Shown piece after piece: positions 8,594 through 17,160 of a stretch of 64,000 nt of DNA (positions are counted from its first letter, which is position 1; every line of letters starts with the position of its first letter). Both the position numbers and the translations under genes were made by a program. The notes under the pieces were generated by a model. The model had not been told where the DNA came from. It made no database searches and was given only the letters and a program-made list of their open reading frames with translations. The DNA comes from Paludibacteraceae bacterium. GTDB taxonomy: Bacteria > Bacteroidota > Bacteroidia > Bacteroidales > Paludibacteraceae. The stretch lies in contig JAFTZQ010000017.1 in assembly GCA_017464475.1 (NCBI GenBank), positions 21,853 through 85,852 of the forward strand, in the 5' to 3' direction.

Positions 8594-8611
8594 ATAAGGT
8601 AATTAGAACAT

Positions 8612-8646
8612 AAAAAAGAGTGACATTAAACGTCACTCTTTTTTTG
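8612..8646. terminator. Bidirectional rho-independent terminator between queH and the convergent beta-helix gene
   Basis: A-run, stem agagtgac (8617-8624), loop attaaac, stem gtcactct (8632-8639), then a T-run. Confidence 0.8.
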
Positions 8647-8672
8647 TTTTTGCATATCTATAATCACTTTTT

Positions 8673-10667
8673 TTACCAACCCATTCCGCCACCGGGTCCG
8701 CCTCCGGAGTTACCTCCGGAATAGGAAGAGAGCGTAACGGAGGAGCCTCCGGAAACAGTAGCCGGATAATATCCCACTCCGTCAAAGATGCTTGTTCCCG
8801 AGGCTGTTACGCCGGAAACAAGTGTCGGTGTTGATGCGCCGGAAACGACCATTCCGCTTCCTCCGCTACTCGGTGTCTTGAAAGCAAAGGTGGTGCTGCC
8901 GACCGTTAGGGCATACCATGTGTTGGTGGACCAGGAGCCGCTACTGCTTCCGCCGGGACCACCTCCTGAATTACCACCGGGACCGCCTCCTGAATTACCG
9001 CCGCCGGAAGAGGAGCCTGCGGAATAGCAGCTCTGCGTCAGGCTTGCCCCACTCTCGAGTCCGCCGATAGCAACCAGTGTGCCGCCCTGCACATAGAGTT
9101 TATAGCCGCTCTCGGTATTGGCGTCAATCGCCACCTCGGGCGAAGAAGCACCGATAGCATAGACCAGACCGCCCCTGATATAACAGTTGCCGTTTGCGTC
9201 AATGCCGTCGTTGTTGGTAGCACGGGCATAGACCATTCCGCCGCTGATAGTCAGATGACTTGCTGCATTAATGGCATCATCATACGCCGAAACAGCCACT
9301 TCGCCGCCGGTGATGTCCAGTGTCGATTTGGACTCAATGCCTTCGCCGTTTCTGCCGGAGGTGGTAACATAAATCTTGCCGCCGGAGATAGTGATTGCTC
9401 CGGCTACTTTGATACCTTTAGGCGAGGAATAATAGCTGCTGCTGATATTGTCGGTATTGCCGGTATAGTTCGTATTCTCGGTCGAACCGTTGTTGTAATA
9501 CAGCCCTCCGGTGGTGGTAGCTGTGATGAAAGCGCTGTCGCTGACAGCCAGCGCGCCGTCGCACTTGAGTCCCTTTCCTCCTGAGCCGGTAGCCTTCAGG
9601 GTAAGCGTACCGCCACTGATAGCCATATTGGCATCAGCTGAGAGACCAGCCGCCGCTTTCGTTTCGCTATCATCGCTATCCCACTTGCCCGCGCCGGAGG
9701 TGGTGACATCGAGCGTACCGCCGGTAATATACATGTCTCCAGCACTCTTGATACCCTTTGCAGCTGCCGCCGAGGCAGTGATAGCTACCGTTCCGCCGGA
9801 GATATAGATATTACCGGTATCTTCGTCCTCATGGTCGGTGGTAATACCGGTGGAGGTCGTGCCGCCTAAATCGCATTGGATACCGTCATCGCCGATACCG
9901 GATAGGGTAATCGTGCCGCTCTTGATCTCCATGTACTCCTCGCAGTTGATACCGTCGCCTACAGTCGAGGTGATGTTCAACGTCAGATTCTTGACAGAGA
10001 TATACGACGCAGACTTGATACCATGCTTGGTATTGCCGATTACATTAAGCGTACCGTTACCTTGAATCTGCAGCTGTCCTTTGCTATAGACACACGCTTT
10101 CTGCGAGCCGGAGGCGCAGTCGGTCAGAGTGTTTGTTGTACCGTTCTTGGCGGACAACTGAATACGCTTGGAGTTAGTGATGTTAATCGCCGCTCCGTTC
10201 GGGTTAGTGAGCGTCACACCCGCCAGCGAAACCGTGCATTTGTACGAGCCGGAGAGGGAGAGCGAACCGTTGGAGGAAGTGCCGCTGAGTTGGTACGTAA
10301 TCTCATCGTTGCCCACGGCGTCAGTATTGCTTTGGGCAATAGTGACGTGTGCTCCGCTAAAAGTGGGTGTCACATATTGCGCCACATTACCGGCAACTGT
10401 AACCGTTGCCGACGAACTGCTGTATGCTATGCTCACAAGATTGTCCGTCACTGCCGTTTCATCCACCCACATACTGTCTATCTCGCTGAGAGTGAATGTT
10501 TTGCCCATTGCGGTCAGTGTGGTGCCATCCGAGAAAGGCATTACTCCTGCCTGCGAAGCCGGGAAGAGATAGGTCACATTGCCCACCTGCACGTTGAGAG
10601 TCTGTGCGTCAATGTACAAAGGGACAAAGTACAAAGTACAAAGGATTGCTACTAATATCTTTTTCAT
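8673..10667 (-). CDS. Secreted beta-helix protein, Cthe_2159-like carbohydrate-binding domain family (paralogue A)
   Basis: 664 aa with signal peptide MKKILVAILCTLYFVPLYIDAQ. Repeated GDDGIQ / NDGIDANGN / AIDAN beta-helix rungs and Gly/Pro-rich spacers. The C-terminal half is very similar to the 14671..16347 product. Confidence 0.7.
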   Translation of the reverse strand: MKKILVAILCTLYFVPLYIDAQTLNVQVGNVTYLFPASQAGVMPFSDGTTLTAMGKTFTLSEIDSMWVDETAVTDNLVSIAYSSSSATVTVAGNVAQYVTPTFSGAHVTIAQSNTDAVGNDEITYQLSGTSSNGSLSLSGSYKCTVSLAGVTLTNPNGAAINITNSKRIQLSAKNGTTNTLTDCASGSQKACVYSKGQLQIQGNGTLNVIGNTKHGIKSASYISVKNLTLNITSTVGDGINCEEYMEIKSGTITLSGIGDDGIQCDLGGTTSTGITTDHEDEDTGNIYISGGTVAITASAAAAKGIKSAGDMYITGGTLDVTTSGAGKWDSDDSETKAAAGLSADANMAISGGTLTLKATGSGGKGLKCDGALAVSDSAFITATTTGGLYYNNGSTENTNYTGNTDNISSSYYSSPKGIKVAGAITISGGKIYVTTSGRNGEGIESKSTLDITGGEVAVSAYDDAINAASHLTISGGMVYARATNNDGIDANGNCYIRGGLVYAIGASSPEVAIDANTESGYKLYVQGGTLVAIGGLESGASLTQSCYSAGSSSGGGNSGGGPGGNSGGGPGGSSSGSWSTNTWYALTVGSTTFAFKTPSSGGSGMVVSGASTPTLVSGVTASGTSIFDGVGYYPATVSGGSSVTLSSYSGGNSGGGPGGGMGW
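8953..9000. repeat. 24 bp tandem duplication inside paralogue A (encodes GNSGGGPG x2)
   Basis: ccgggaccacctcctgaattacca / ccgggaccgcctcctgaattaccg read directly. Confidence 0.8.
10614..10644. repeat. GTACAAA-type heptamer run inside the signal-peptide coding region of paralogue A
   Basis: aatgtacaaagggacaaagtacaaagtacaaagg, which encodes LCTLYFVPLY. Confidence 0.7.
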
Positions 10668-11629
10668 TGCTGTATTTCTTTACCTGTTATTGAATATGTT
10701 TTGCCGTTGCGCTCAATGAGCAATATCCCGTTGCGGAGGATTTTGGCAGCTTGCAGTTGTCCGGTTGGCGTTTGGTCAATTGCTGACGTTGCTGCAACAT
10801 TCAGAGAAGCCGCATCAGCCACCGACTGCGTGCCAGCCGCTTTGACTGCTTCGCCGGTCGAGCCGGAGGTATTGATATTGATGGTACCGCCGGTCATGGT
10901 GAAGTTGCCGGTGTTCTCCGCAGATGTGTCATTGGCCTCCAAATCCACCTGAATACCGTCGTCACCGAAACCTGAGAGGTTGATGACTCCGCTCTCCATC
11001 AGGAAATACTGGTTGCAGTTGATGGCATCCTTGACCGCCGAATAGACATTGATCGTGCAGTTCTTCATCTCGATGTACTCTCCAGCTTTGATAGCATGGG
11101 CATAGTTGCCATAGACATTGAGCGTACCCTTTCCTTTGAACTGAATATGTCCTTTGCAGTAGAGCGCGCCCTTCCAAGCGTCCGCAGCAGTCGAAGTGCC
11201 GTCTTTGAGCGTGCTTTCCGTACCGCTCTTGGCACTAATCTCAATACGCTTTCCGTTCTGGATATCTATCGCCGGTCCGGTGGGGTTGGTGATAGAGACG
11301 CCGAAGAGTTCGAGCGTGGCTTTGTATGTGCCGGTAAAAGTGAACGAACCGTCCGTTGTAGTGCCATAGAGACCGTATGAGACCTCGTTGATTGTTGCGG
11401 AGGCAGTAGAAGTGATTGCCACATCGGCTCCGCTGATTTCGGCAGTGATATAATCTTTGATATCCGAAGAGACCTCCACCGCAGCCGAAGAGCCGCTATA
11501 GGTTACTTTGACATAACAGGTTGTGTCGGAGGTATAAGTCACCTGCGCTGAAAGGGACAAAGGAGCAATGTACAATGTACAAAGGGTCAATGCACAGAGT
11601 ACAAAGGTTCGCATGAATGTTCTTTTCAT
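10664..11629 (-). CDS. Secreted beta-helix protein, shorter Cthe_2159-like paralogue B
   Basis: 321 aa with signal peptide. GFGDDGIQVD and ITNPTGPAIDIQNGKRIEISAKSGT match paralogues A and C. The C-terminal tail is KILRNGILLIERNGKTYSITGKEIQQ. ATGA-type 4 nt overlap with paralogue A. Confidence 0.65.
   Translation of the reverse strand: MKRTFMRTFVLCALTLCTLYIAPLSLSAQVTYTSDTTCYVKVTYSGSSAAVEVSSDIKDYITAEISGADVAITSTASATINEVSYGLYGTTTDGSFTFTGTYKATLELFGVSITNPTGPAIDIQNGKRIEISAKSGTESTLKDGTSTAADAWKGALYCKGHIQFKGKGTLNVYGNYAHAIKAGEYIEMKNCTINVYSAVKDAINCNQYFLMESGVINLSGFGDDGIQVDLEANDTSAENTGNFTMTGGTININTSGSTGEAVKAAGTQSVADAASLNVAATSAIDQTPTGQLQAAKILRNGILLIERNGKTYSITGKEIQQ
11553..11607. repeat. Degenerate GTACAAA-type heptamer run inside the signal-peptide coding region of paralogue B
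   Basis: gggacaaaggagcaatgtacaatgtacaaagggtcaatgcacagagtacaaagg, which encodes LCALTLCTLYIAPLSLS. Confidence 0.6.
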
Positions 11630-12030
11630 TTTAGTACGATAGTTTGGGTGTTATTACCTTGTTTAATCACATACGCGCCCGCGGGAAGAGTCCGGGCGGT
11701 TTCGTTGAGGTTTCCGAACGTACCGAGGGATGCGCCGTTGAGCGAGAAGACACTCACAGGCATGTCTGCGTCCAATACATTCTCAATGGCCGTTGCGACA
11801 CTGCCGTCTTGGGAGAACTGCATGCTCGCCAGATCGGTCAGCGTAAAAGAGGTGGTGCCATCGGTGTTTGTCACTTGGAGCGATGAGCCGCTGACGACAA
11901 GCGTCATATCCGAAACGCTCAGTTTCGTTGTTGTTCCTCCTGTGCTGGTGAACACCAGATAGGGATAGTCCGCAGCCTGCGCCGTAATCGCACATAACGC
12001 AGCTGCCCAGATAAACAGACTTCGTTTCAT
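11626..12030 (-). CDS. Small secreted protein with a T9SS-type C-terminal sorting domain
   Basis: 134 aa with signal peptide MKRSLFIWAAALCAITAQA. The C-terminus ...VSVFSLNGASLGTFGNLNETARTLPAGAYVIKQGNNTQTIVLK resembles a Por-secretion tail. Confidence 0.55.
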   Translation of the reverse strand: MKRSLFIWAAALCAITAQAADYPYLVFTSTGGTTTKLSVSDMTLVVSGSSLQVTNTDGTTSFTLTDLASMQFSQDGSVATAIENVLDADMPVSVFSLNGASLGTFGNLNETARTLPAGAYVIKQGNNTQTIVLK

Positions 12031-12075
12031 AACATATAATTTGGGGTTTTACAATAAATTTAACCGGTTAACAAA

Positions 12076-13383
12076 TTACCACACTTCAGCACCGAGAGCG
12101 TTATAGGTCTTGCCGTTTTTCTCAATCAGCACTTGACCGTCACGGATAACTTTTGTGCATTGTACATTGTCACTTTTTACATTCTCCACTCCTGTCCCAT
12201 CTGCATTGATAGTGCCGCTACCGCTGAGCGAAGTGTATGTTAAGGTGTAGCCGTTCTTGTTGATTGTACCGTTGTTCACCAGCGCACAGATAGAGGTGTT
12301 GGCATTCAGCACCCATGTAGCACCGCTGTTGACGGTCACATTTGCCGTGTAGCCTGAGTCGTATTTGACAGTACCGGTATAGGTACCGTTAGCCAAAATC
12401 AGGTTCCCCACGGCACCGGATGTGGACCACTGACTGTCTGCCATGACGTACATCAGCACACCGCTTGGAACGGTCACTGTACAGTTGTCCAGCGTGCAGG
12501 TAGCTGTTACGCAGGTAGCTACTTCCAGCAGCGGTGCACTGCTGTCCGTCATCGTCAGAGATGTGCCGGTGATGGTCATTACCGGATTGACACCCGATGC
12601 GTCGCCGCTGCCGGATTGCATCATCAGCAAACCGCGCTCGGACGAACCGCTGGTCATGGTGCAGTTGGTCATGGTGATACTATTGTCTCCCTCGATCACT
12701 GCTATCTCACCCTTGGCAGAAGTGCCGACGAGGTCAGTGGCAGCCATCGTTCCGGTAGAATAAATCACAGCCGATTTGCTGCCGTTGGCGGTAGCTGTAC
12801 CGCCGTTAACGGTCACGGTTCCGCCGCCACGGTCGGTTGCGATAGTGGATGAGGTGGCTTCATTGGTGGTGATGTCCACATTGGAAGCGGTGATGATACC
12901 GCCATAGGTGGCGTGCAAACCACGGCTGACACTATTCGAATTGACAATAGTGATGCCATCTATCTCTACACTCGCTCCGTTGGTGGCAATCACAGCATTG
13001 GCACCTTGTGCCGTTCCGTTTACAGTAACGTTCTTGATTACAATCTTCGCGCCGCTGGCTGCCGTGGTGCTCTGATAATTGGACGAACTGGCGGCACCGG
13101 CATAAATGGAGGAGTTGTTGCCATAGAATGACGAATTGTCTCCCTGAGAACCGTCGCCGGATTTAGTAATCGTACAACCGTTCATCGTCAGTGTACCGCC
13201 CGTACACTGTATCACATTGTAATACTGGGTGGACGATGAGTAGTCACTGGTAATAGTAGCTGTACCGCTGCTGTGGGTGTATGTGGCACCCTGCGGATAA
13301 GTGGGAGTACTGTCTGCGGGCGGTTGCGCCTGCATGTTAAGCGCCGTCAGTACGGCTGCAGCAAAGAAGAAAATCTTTTTCAT
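12076..13383 (-). CDS. Secreted right-handed beta-helix (pectin-lyase-fold-like) protein
   Basis: Start at Met15 (MKKIFFFAAAVLTALNMQAQ; CAT 13381-13383). Repetitive G/T/S/N-rich rungs (ITIVNSN.., VTVNGGTATANG.., TMTNCTMTSG..). C-terminal tail KVIRDGQVLIEKNGKTYNALGAEVW. Confidence 0.55.
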   Translation of the reverse strand: MKKIFFFAAAVLTALNMQAQPPADSTPTYPQGATYTHSSGTATITSDYSSSTQYYNVIQCTGGTLTMNGCTITKSGDGSQGDNSSFYGNNSSIYAGAASSSNYQSTTAASGAKIVIKNVTVNGTAQGANAVIATNGASVEIDGITIVNSNSVSRGLHATYGGIITASNVDITTNEATSSTIATDRGGGTVTVNGGTATANGSKSAVIYSTGTMAATDLVGTSAKGEIAVIEGDNSITMTNCTMTSGSSERGLLMMQSGSGDASGVNPVMTITGTSLTMTDSSAPLLEVATCVTATCTLDNCTVTVPSGVLMYVMADSQWSTSGAVGNLILANGTYTGTVKYDSGYTANVTVNSGATWVLNANTSICALVNNGTINKNGYTLTYTSLSGSGTINADGTGVENVKSDNVQCTKVIRDGQVLIEKNGKTYNALGAEVW

Positions 13384-13422
13384 GTTGTTTGCTTTTAAAT
13401 GTTTTATTTTCAAAACCGGCTG

Positions 13423-13430
13423 CAAAATTA
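13423..13430 (-). promoter_or_regulatory. -7 box TAatTTTG for the minus-strand beta-helix operon
   Basis: caaaatta on the + strand, 39 nt upstream of ATG 13383. Confidence 0.55.
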
Positions 13431-13604
13431 CTGCTTTTTTCTCATATACGTATTATTTTATCCGTCCCAATTATTAAGAAAAAGACACATCGGCATAATA
13501 ATTCGGAATGGTTACAGGAAGCATAAAGTTAGGTTCTAATGGGGTAAAGGGAGGGATTTATTACGAAAAAGTCGCTTTTTTTTGGAGGAATAAAAAAAAA
13601 GCAG

Positions 13605-13612
13605 TATCTTTG
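13605..13612 (+). promoter_or_regulatory. -7 box TAtcTTTG for the AraC-family gene
   Basis: tatctttg preceded by an A9 tract, 68 nt upstream of ATG 13681. Confidence 0.55.
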
Positions 13613-13680
13613 CACACTTGTTTATTAACAAAAACACTCATTTTTTTATTAGTAAGAACACTCATTTAAGGGAGACTACT

Positions 13681-14547
13681 ATGCAAACCATACCAGAAAA
13701 TAAACACCCGGTCCTGTTTCAGGACCACATCGACCAACAGGGCGTGGTAGTAGTGGAAGTGGGTTCGATGCCGACCGGTGACCGTCCGTTTCAATCGGAG
13801 AATCTGGTTATCGGCGTGTGTCTGGAAGGTTCGGCGGACTTCATGTACGATTTGCAGCCGCGCCGTTTTGAACCGTATGACGTAGGCGTGGTGCTTCCAA
13901 ACCATATCTTCTCCTACAGTTCCGTCTCTCCGGATTACCGCGCCACGCTCATCATCATCTCTCCGTCCATGTACAAGAGTATTATCCACCGCGAGTCATT
14001 TATCGACTACCAGAAATACCACCACCGCCCGGCACTCACCCTGACGGATGAGCAATTCATCAAAGTAAAAGACATCATCCAAGTGATCCGCTATATCAGC
14101 GAATCAGCCCACCCGCGACGCAAAGAGGCACTGGGCAACCTATTAGACATATTGTTTTACGCGCTAACGCGCTATAGGGGCGAGGAGAAAACGGAGAAAG
14201 TAGCCAATACACGAGGCGAACAGCTATTCCGGAATTTCTACGACTTACTGCTTGTTCATTACAACAAGCAGCACACCGCCATCTGGTACGCGGAGCAACT
14301 CAACCTGACAGCCAAATATTTCTCCATTACCATCCAGCGCGCCACGGGCAAGACCCCCAGCGAGTGGATTTCCGAGATGCTGGTGGAGCAAGCCAAGCGT
14401 CTTCTCTCCAACCGTAGAGACATGACCGTACAGCAGGTTGCATACGAGTTGGGATTCAAAGAGAACGCCACATTCTGCTATTTCTTCAAACAGCAGACCG
14501 GATTGCGCCCTTCGGAGTTCAGGAAGAAAAACGGAACAAATTCTTAA
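13681..14547 (+). CDS. AraC-family transcriptional regulator
   Basis: Start at Met22 of the track ORF (MQTIPENKHP...). C-terminal double HTH (TAIWYAEQLNLTAKYFSITIQRATGKTPSEWI...VQQVAYELGFKENATFCYFFKQQTG). Confidence 0.85.
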   Translation: MQTIPENKHPVLFQDHIDQQGVVVVEVGSMPTGDRPFQSENLVIGVCLEGSADFMYDLQPRRFEPYDVGVVLPNHIFSYSSVSPDYRATLIIISPSMYKSIIHRESFIDYQKYHHRPALTLTDEQFIKVKDIIQVIRYISESAHPRRKEALGNLLDILFYALTRYRGEEKTEKVANTRGEQLFRNFYDLLLVHYNKQHTAIWYAEQLNLTAKYFSITIQRATGKTPSEWISEMLVEQAKRLLSNRRDMTVQQVAYELGFKENATFCYFFKQQTGLRPSEFRKKNGTNS

Positions 14548-14608
14548 TATATTTAGCATATTCGTTATGAAAAAGGTATATTTATTTGCTCATTTCGCAA
14601 ATTAAGTG

Positions 14609-14616
14609 TACCTTTG
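14609..14616 (+). promoter_or_regulatory. -7 box TAccTTTG for the paralogue C - VTC operon
   Basis: tacctttg, 54 nt upstream of ATG 14671. Confidence 0.55.
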
Positions 14617-14670
14617 CGCGATTTTTGCAAATTGAAAGACAAAAGTAGAAAGTCAAAAGATAAAAGATAT

Positions 14671-16347
14671 ATGAAAAAGATTTTATGGGTAGTGCTGATG
14701 GCTGTCGGGATGGTAGCCTGCACGGAGTACAATGCGCCTACGAGCAACGGGACGAGCAGCAGTTCCGGCTCGGCAAACGACACCACAGACAATGATGTCA
14801 ACAATCAGGTATGGTCCGACACTCTGTATATCTCATGGAGTGGCAGCAAAGCAACCGTGACCGGCGAGATAGACAGTATAACGGTAACCAACAGCAACGG
14901 CTACGTGACCGTCAACTCCGCCGTGACGCGGCTTGTGACGTATATTTTAAGCGGAAACGGGACAGGACAGATTTCCATTTACGGGAGTATCAAAGAGCAG
15001 ATTGTGCTGAACGGGCTGACGCTGACTTGTTCGGACGGTCCGGCGATCAACAACCAATGCCACAAGAAATGCTATGTGGTAGTGAACGGCACGAACAGCC
15101 TGACGGACGGCAGCAGTTATGCATCTTCTTCAGAAGATCGCAAGGCGGCATTCTTCAGCGAGGGACAGTTGATCTTCTCCGGCAGCGGCAGTCTGACGGT
15201 CCAAGGCAATTACAAGCATGCCATCGCCAGCGACGACTATATCCACCTGACGAGCGAAGCAGGTACGTTTGTGCTGAATGCGGCAAGCGACGGTCTGCAC
15301 GCGAACGACGCGATGTATATCAACGGCGGTAGTACCACCATCACAGCCGGCAGCGACGGCGTACAATGCGACTCGACGATCACTATTGACGGCGGTAAAC
15401 TGACGATCAGTGCAGATGGCGACGGTATCCAGAGCGACACAACTAATATTGTCATCAACGGCGGCGAGATCACCATCAGCAAAGCCGGCGACAAAGGTAT
15501 TGTGGCATTTGGAGACATCACCATCACAGACGGCACGATCCGCGTGAACAGCGAATATAAATGTCTCAAAGCGGGCAAGAAAGAGAACAACACCATAGTG
15601 AGCGCCGGCAGTATCACTATCTCCGGCGGCGATATACAAGCGATTTGCAGCGGAACTTCGTCGTCCGGCGGCAGAGGAGGTTGGTTTGCTCCTCCGAGTG
15701 GCGGCGGTCCCGGTGGTGGCGGTCCCGGTGGCGGCGGCTGGGGAGGCGACAGTTCGTCCGACTCCAGCAGTCCCGAAGCGATCGAAGCCAAAGGTACAAT
15801 CACGATCTCCGGCGGCTATGTCTATGCGCAGTCTTCGGACGATGCGATCAATGCAGGTGGCGATTTCACGGTCAGCGGCGGTTGCGTATGTGCTTACTCG
15901 ACCGGCAATGACGGCATGGACGCCAACGGCAATATGTACATCAAAGGCGGTGTGGTCTATGCTATCGGTTCGTCCAGTCCCGAGATGGCGATCGACGCCA
16001 ATTCGGAAGGCGGCAAGAAACTGTATGTCCAAGGCGGTACTATTGTTGCTATCGGCGGTTTGGAGAGCGGTGCAAGTCTGAGCCAGAGTTGCTATTCCTC
16101 CTCATGGAGCAAGAACACATGGTATGCGCTGACCGTTGGGAACGAGGTCTTCGCTTTCAAGACTCCAAGTAGCGGAGGCACAAGTATGGTTGTGTCCGGC
16201 GCTTCCACCCCCACCCTCAAATCGGGCGTCACCGCGAGCGGAACGGCTATTTTCAACGGCATGGGATATTATCCGGCTACGTACAGCGGCGGTTCGTCCG
16301 TCAGTCTGTCTTCCTATAGCGCTTCGTCCGGCGGCGGAAGATGGTAA
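14671..16347 (+). CDS. Lipoprotein, Cthe_2159-like beta-helix carbohydrate-binding family (paralogue C)
   Basis: Start at Met20 (MKKILWVVLMAVGMVAC lipobox). Motifs SDGLHAN, GDGIQSD, NDGMDANGN and a Gly/Pro spacer PPSGGGPGGGGPGGGGWGG. The C-terminal roughly 200 aa is near-collinear with paralogue A. Confidence 0.7.
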   Translation: MKKILWVVLMAVGMVACTEYNAPTSNGTSSSSGSANDTTDNDVNNQVWSDTLYISWSGSKATVTGEIDSITVTNSNGYVTVNSAVTRLVTYILSGNGTGQISIYGSIKEQIVLNGLTLTCSDGPAINNQCHKKCYVVVNGTNSLTDGSSYASSSEDRKAAFFSEGQLIFSGSGSLTVQGNYKHAIASDDYIHLTSEAGTFVLNAASDGLHANDAMYINGGSTTITAGSDGVQCDSTITIDGGKLTISADGDGIQSDTTNIVINGGEITISKAGDKGIVAFGDITITDGTIRVNSEYKCLKAGKKENNTIVSAGSITISGGDIQAICSGTSSSGGRGGWFAPPSGGGPGGGGPGGGGWGGDSSSDSSSPEAIEAKGTITISGGYVYAQSSDDAINAGGDFTVSGGCVCAYSTGNDGMDANGNMYIKGGVVYAIGSSSPEMAIDANSEGGKKLYVQGGTIVAIGGLESGASLSQSCYSSSWSKNTWYALTVGNEVFAFKTPSSGGTSMVVSGASTPTLKSGVTASGTAIFNGMGYYPATYSGGSSVSLSSYSASSGGGRW

Positions 16348-17150
16348 GAGAAATGAGTTCTGTCGAGAATATATTAACTCAGTTTGAGCCGATCAGTCTG
16401 GCTCAGATGGAGAGCGTCAAGCTAATGAACCGCATAGATACCAAATATGCGGTGCCGCTCTCTTTGCTGCCGGCAATACTGGAAGCGGCGATGGCTGATT
16501 ACTACGTCCAGGAGATCGACGGCAAGCGGATTGCCACATACGACACGATGTATTACGACACCGAGTCGCTGGATATGTATATCCGCCACCACGACCGGCA
16601 ATTGGTGCGCCAGAAGATCCGCGTGCGGCAGTATGTGGACAGCAATCTGACCTTTCTGGAGATCAAACGCAAGAACAACAAAGGTCGCACCAAGAAGAAA
16701 CGGATCGTCGTGCCCGATTTTGCTATCACCGCCGAGACGCCGTCTGTGCTCAAACATAAGAGAAGAGCGGACGAAGAGGTGACCGTAGAGAGTTTCATCA
16801 ATACCAAAAGCCGCTACCGCTGGAGCGACATCAGCCCTCATCTATGGACTAAATTTCAGCGTATTACGCTGGTCAACAAAGCCAAGACCGAGCGGCTGAC
16901 CATAGACATGAATCTTGTCTGGGAAAACGTAGTCAGCGGCGAGAGCAAGACTTTTCCTGAGCTGGTGATTATTGAACTGAAAAGGGATGGTAACGTACCC
17001 AGCCGAATGACGGATATCATGCTGAATCTGCGGGTTAAACCGCTGAAGATCAGTAAGTATTGTATCGGCACTGCACTCACTACTCCCGGGCTTAAACGGA
17101 ACCGATTCAAGAAGAAGATACGGAGTATTGTAAAATTGTTAAACTGTTAA
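16341..17150 (+). CDS. VTC-domain protein (polyphosphate-polymerase-type triphosphate tunnel domain)
   Basis: 269 aa; an alternative start at 16353 (MSSVENIL) avoids overlapping the upstream stop. Basic tunnel-like motifs RIDTKY, RQKIRVRQY, FLEIKRKNNKGRTKK and VIIELKRDG. Confidence 0.7.
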   Translation: MVREMSSVENILTQFEPISLAQMESVKLMNRIDTKYAVPLSLLPAILEAAMADYYVQEIDGKRIATYDTMYYDTESLDMYIRHHDRQLVRQKIRVRQYVDSNLTFLEIKRKNNKGRTKKKRIVVPDFAITAETPSVLKHKRRADEEVTVESFINTKSRYRWSDISPHLWTKFQRITLVNKAKTERLTIDMNLVWENVVSGESKTFPELVIIELKRDGNVPSRMTDIMLNLRVKPLKISKYCIGTALTTPGLKRNRFKKKIRSIVKLLNC

Positions 17151-17160
17151 ATTGTTAGAT

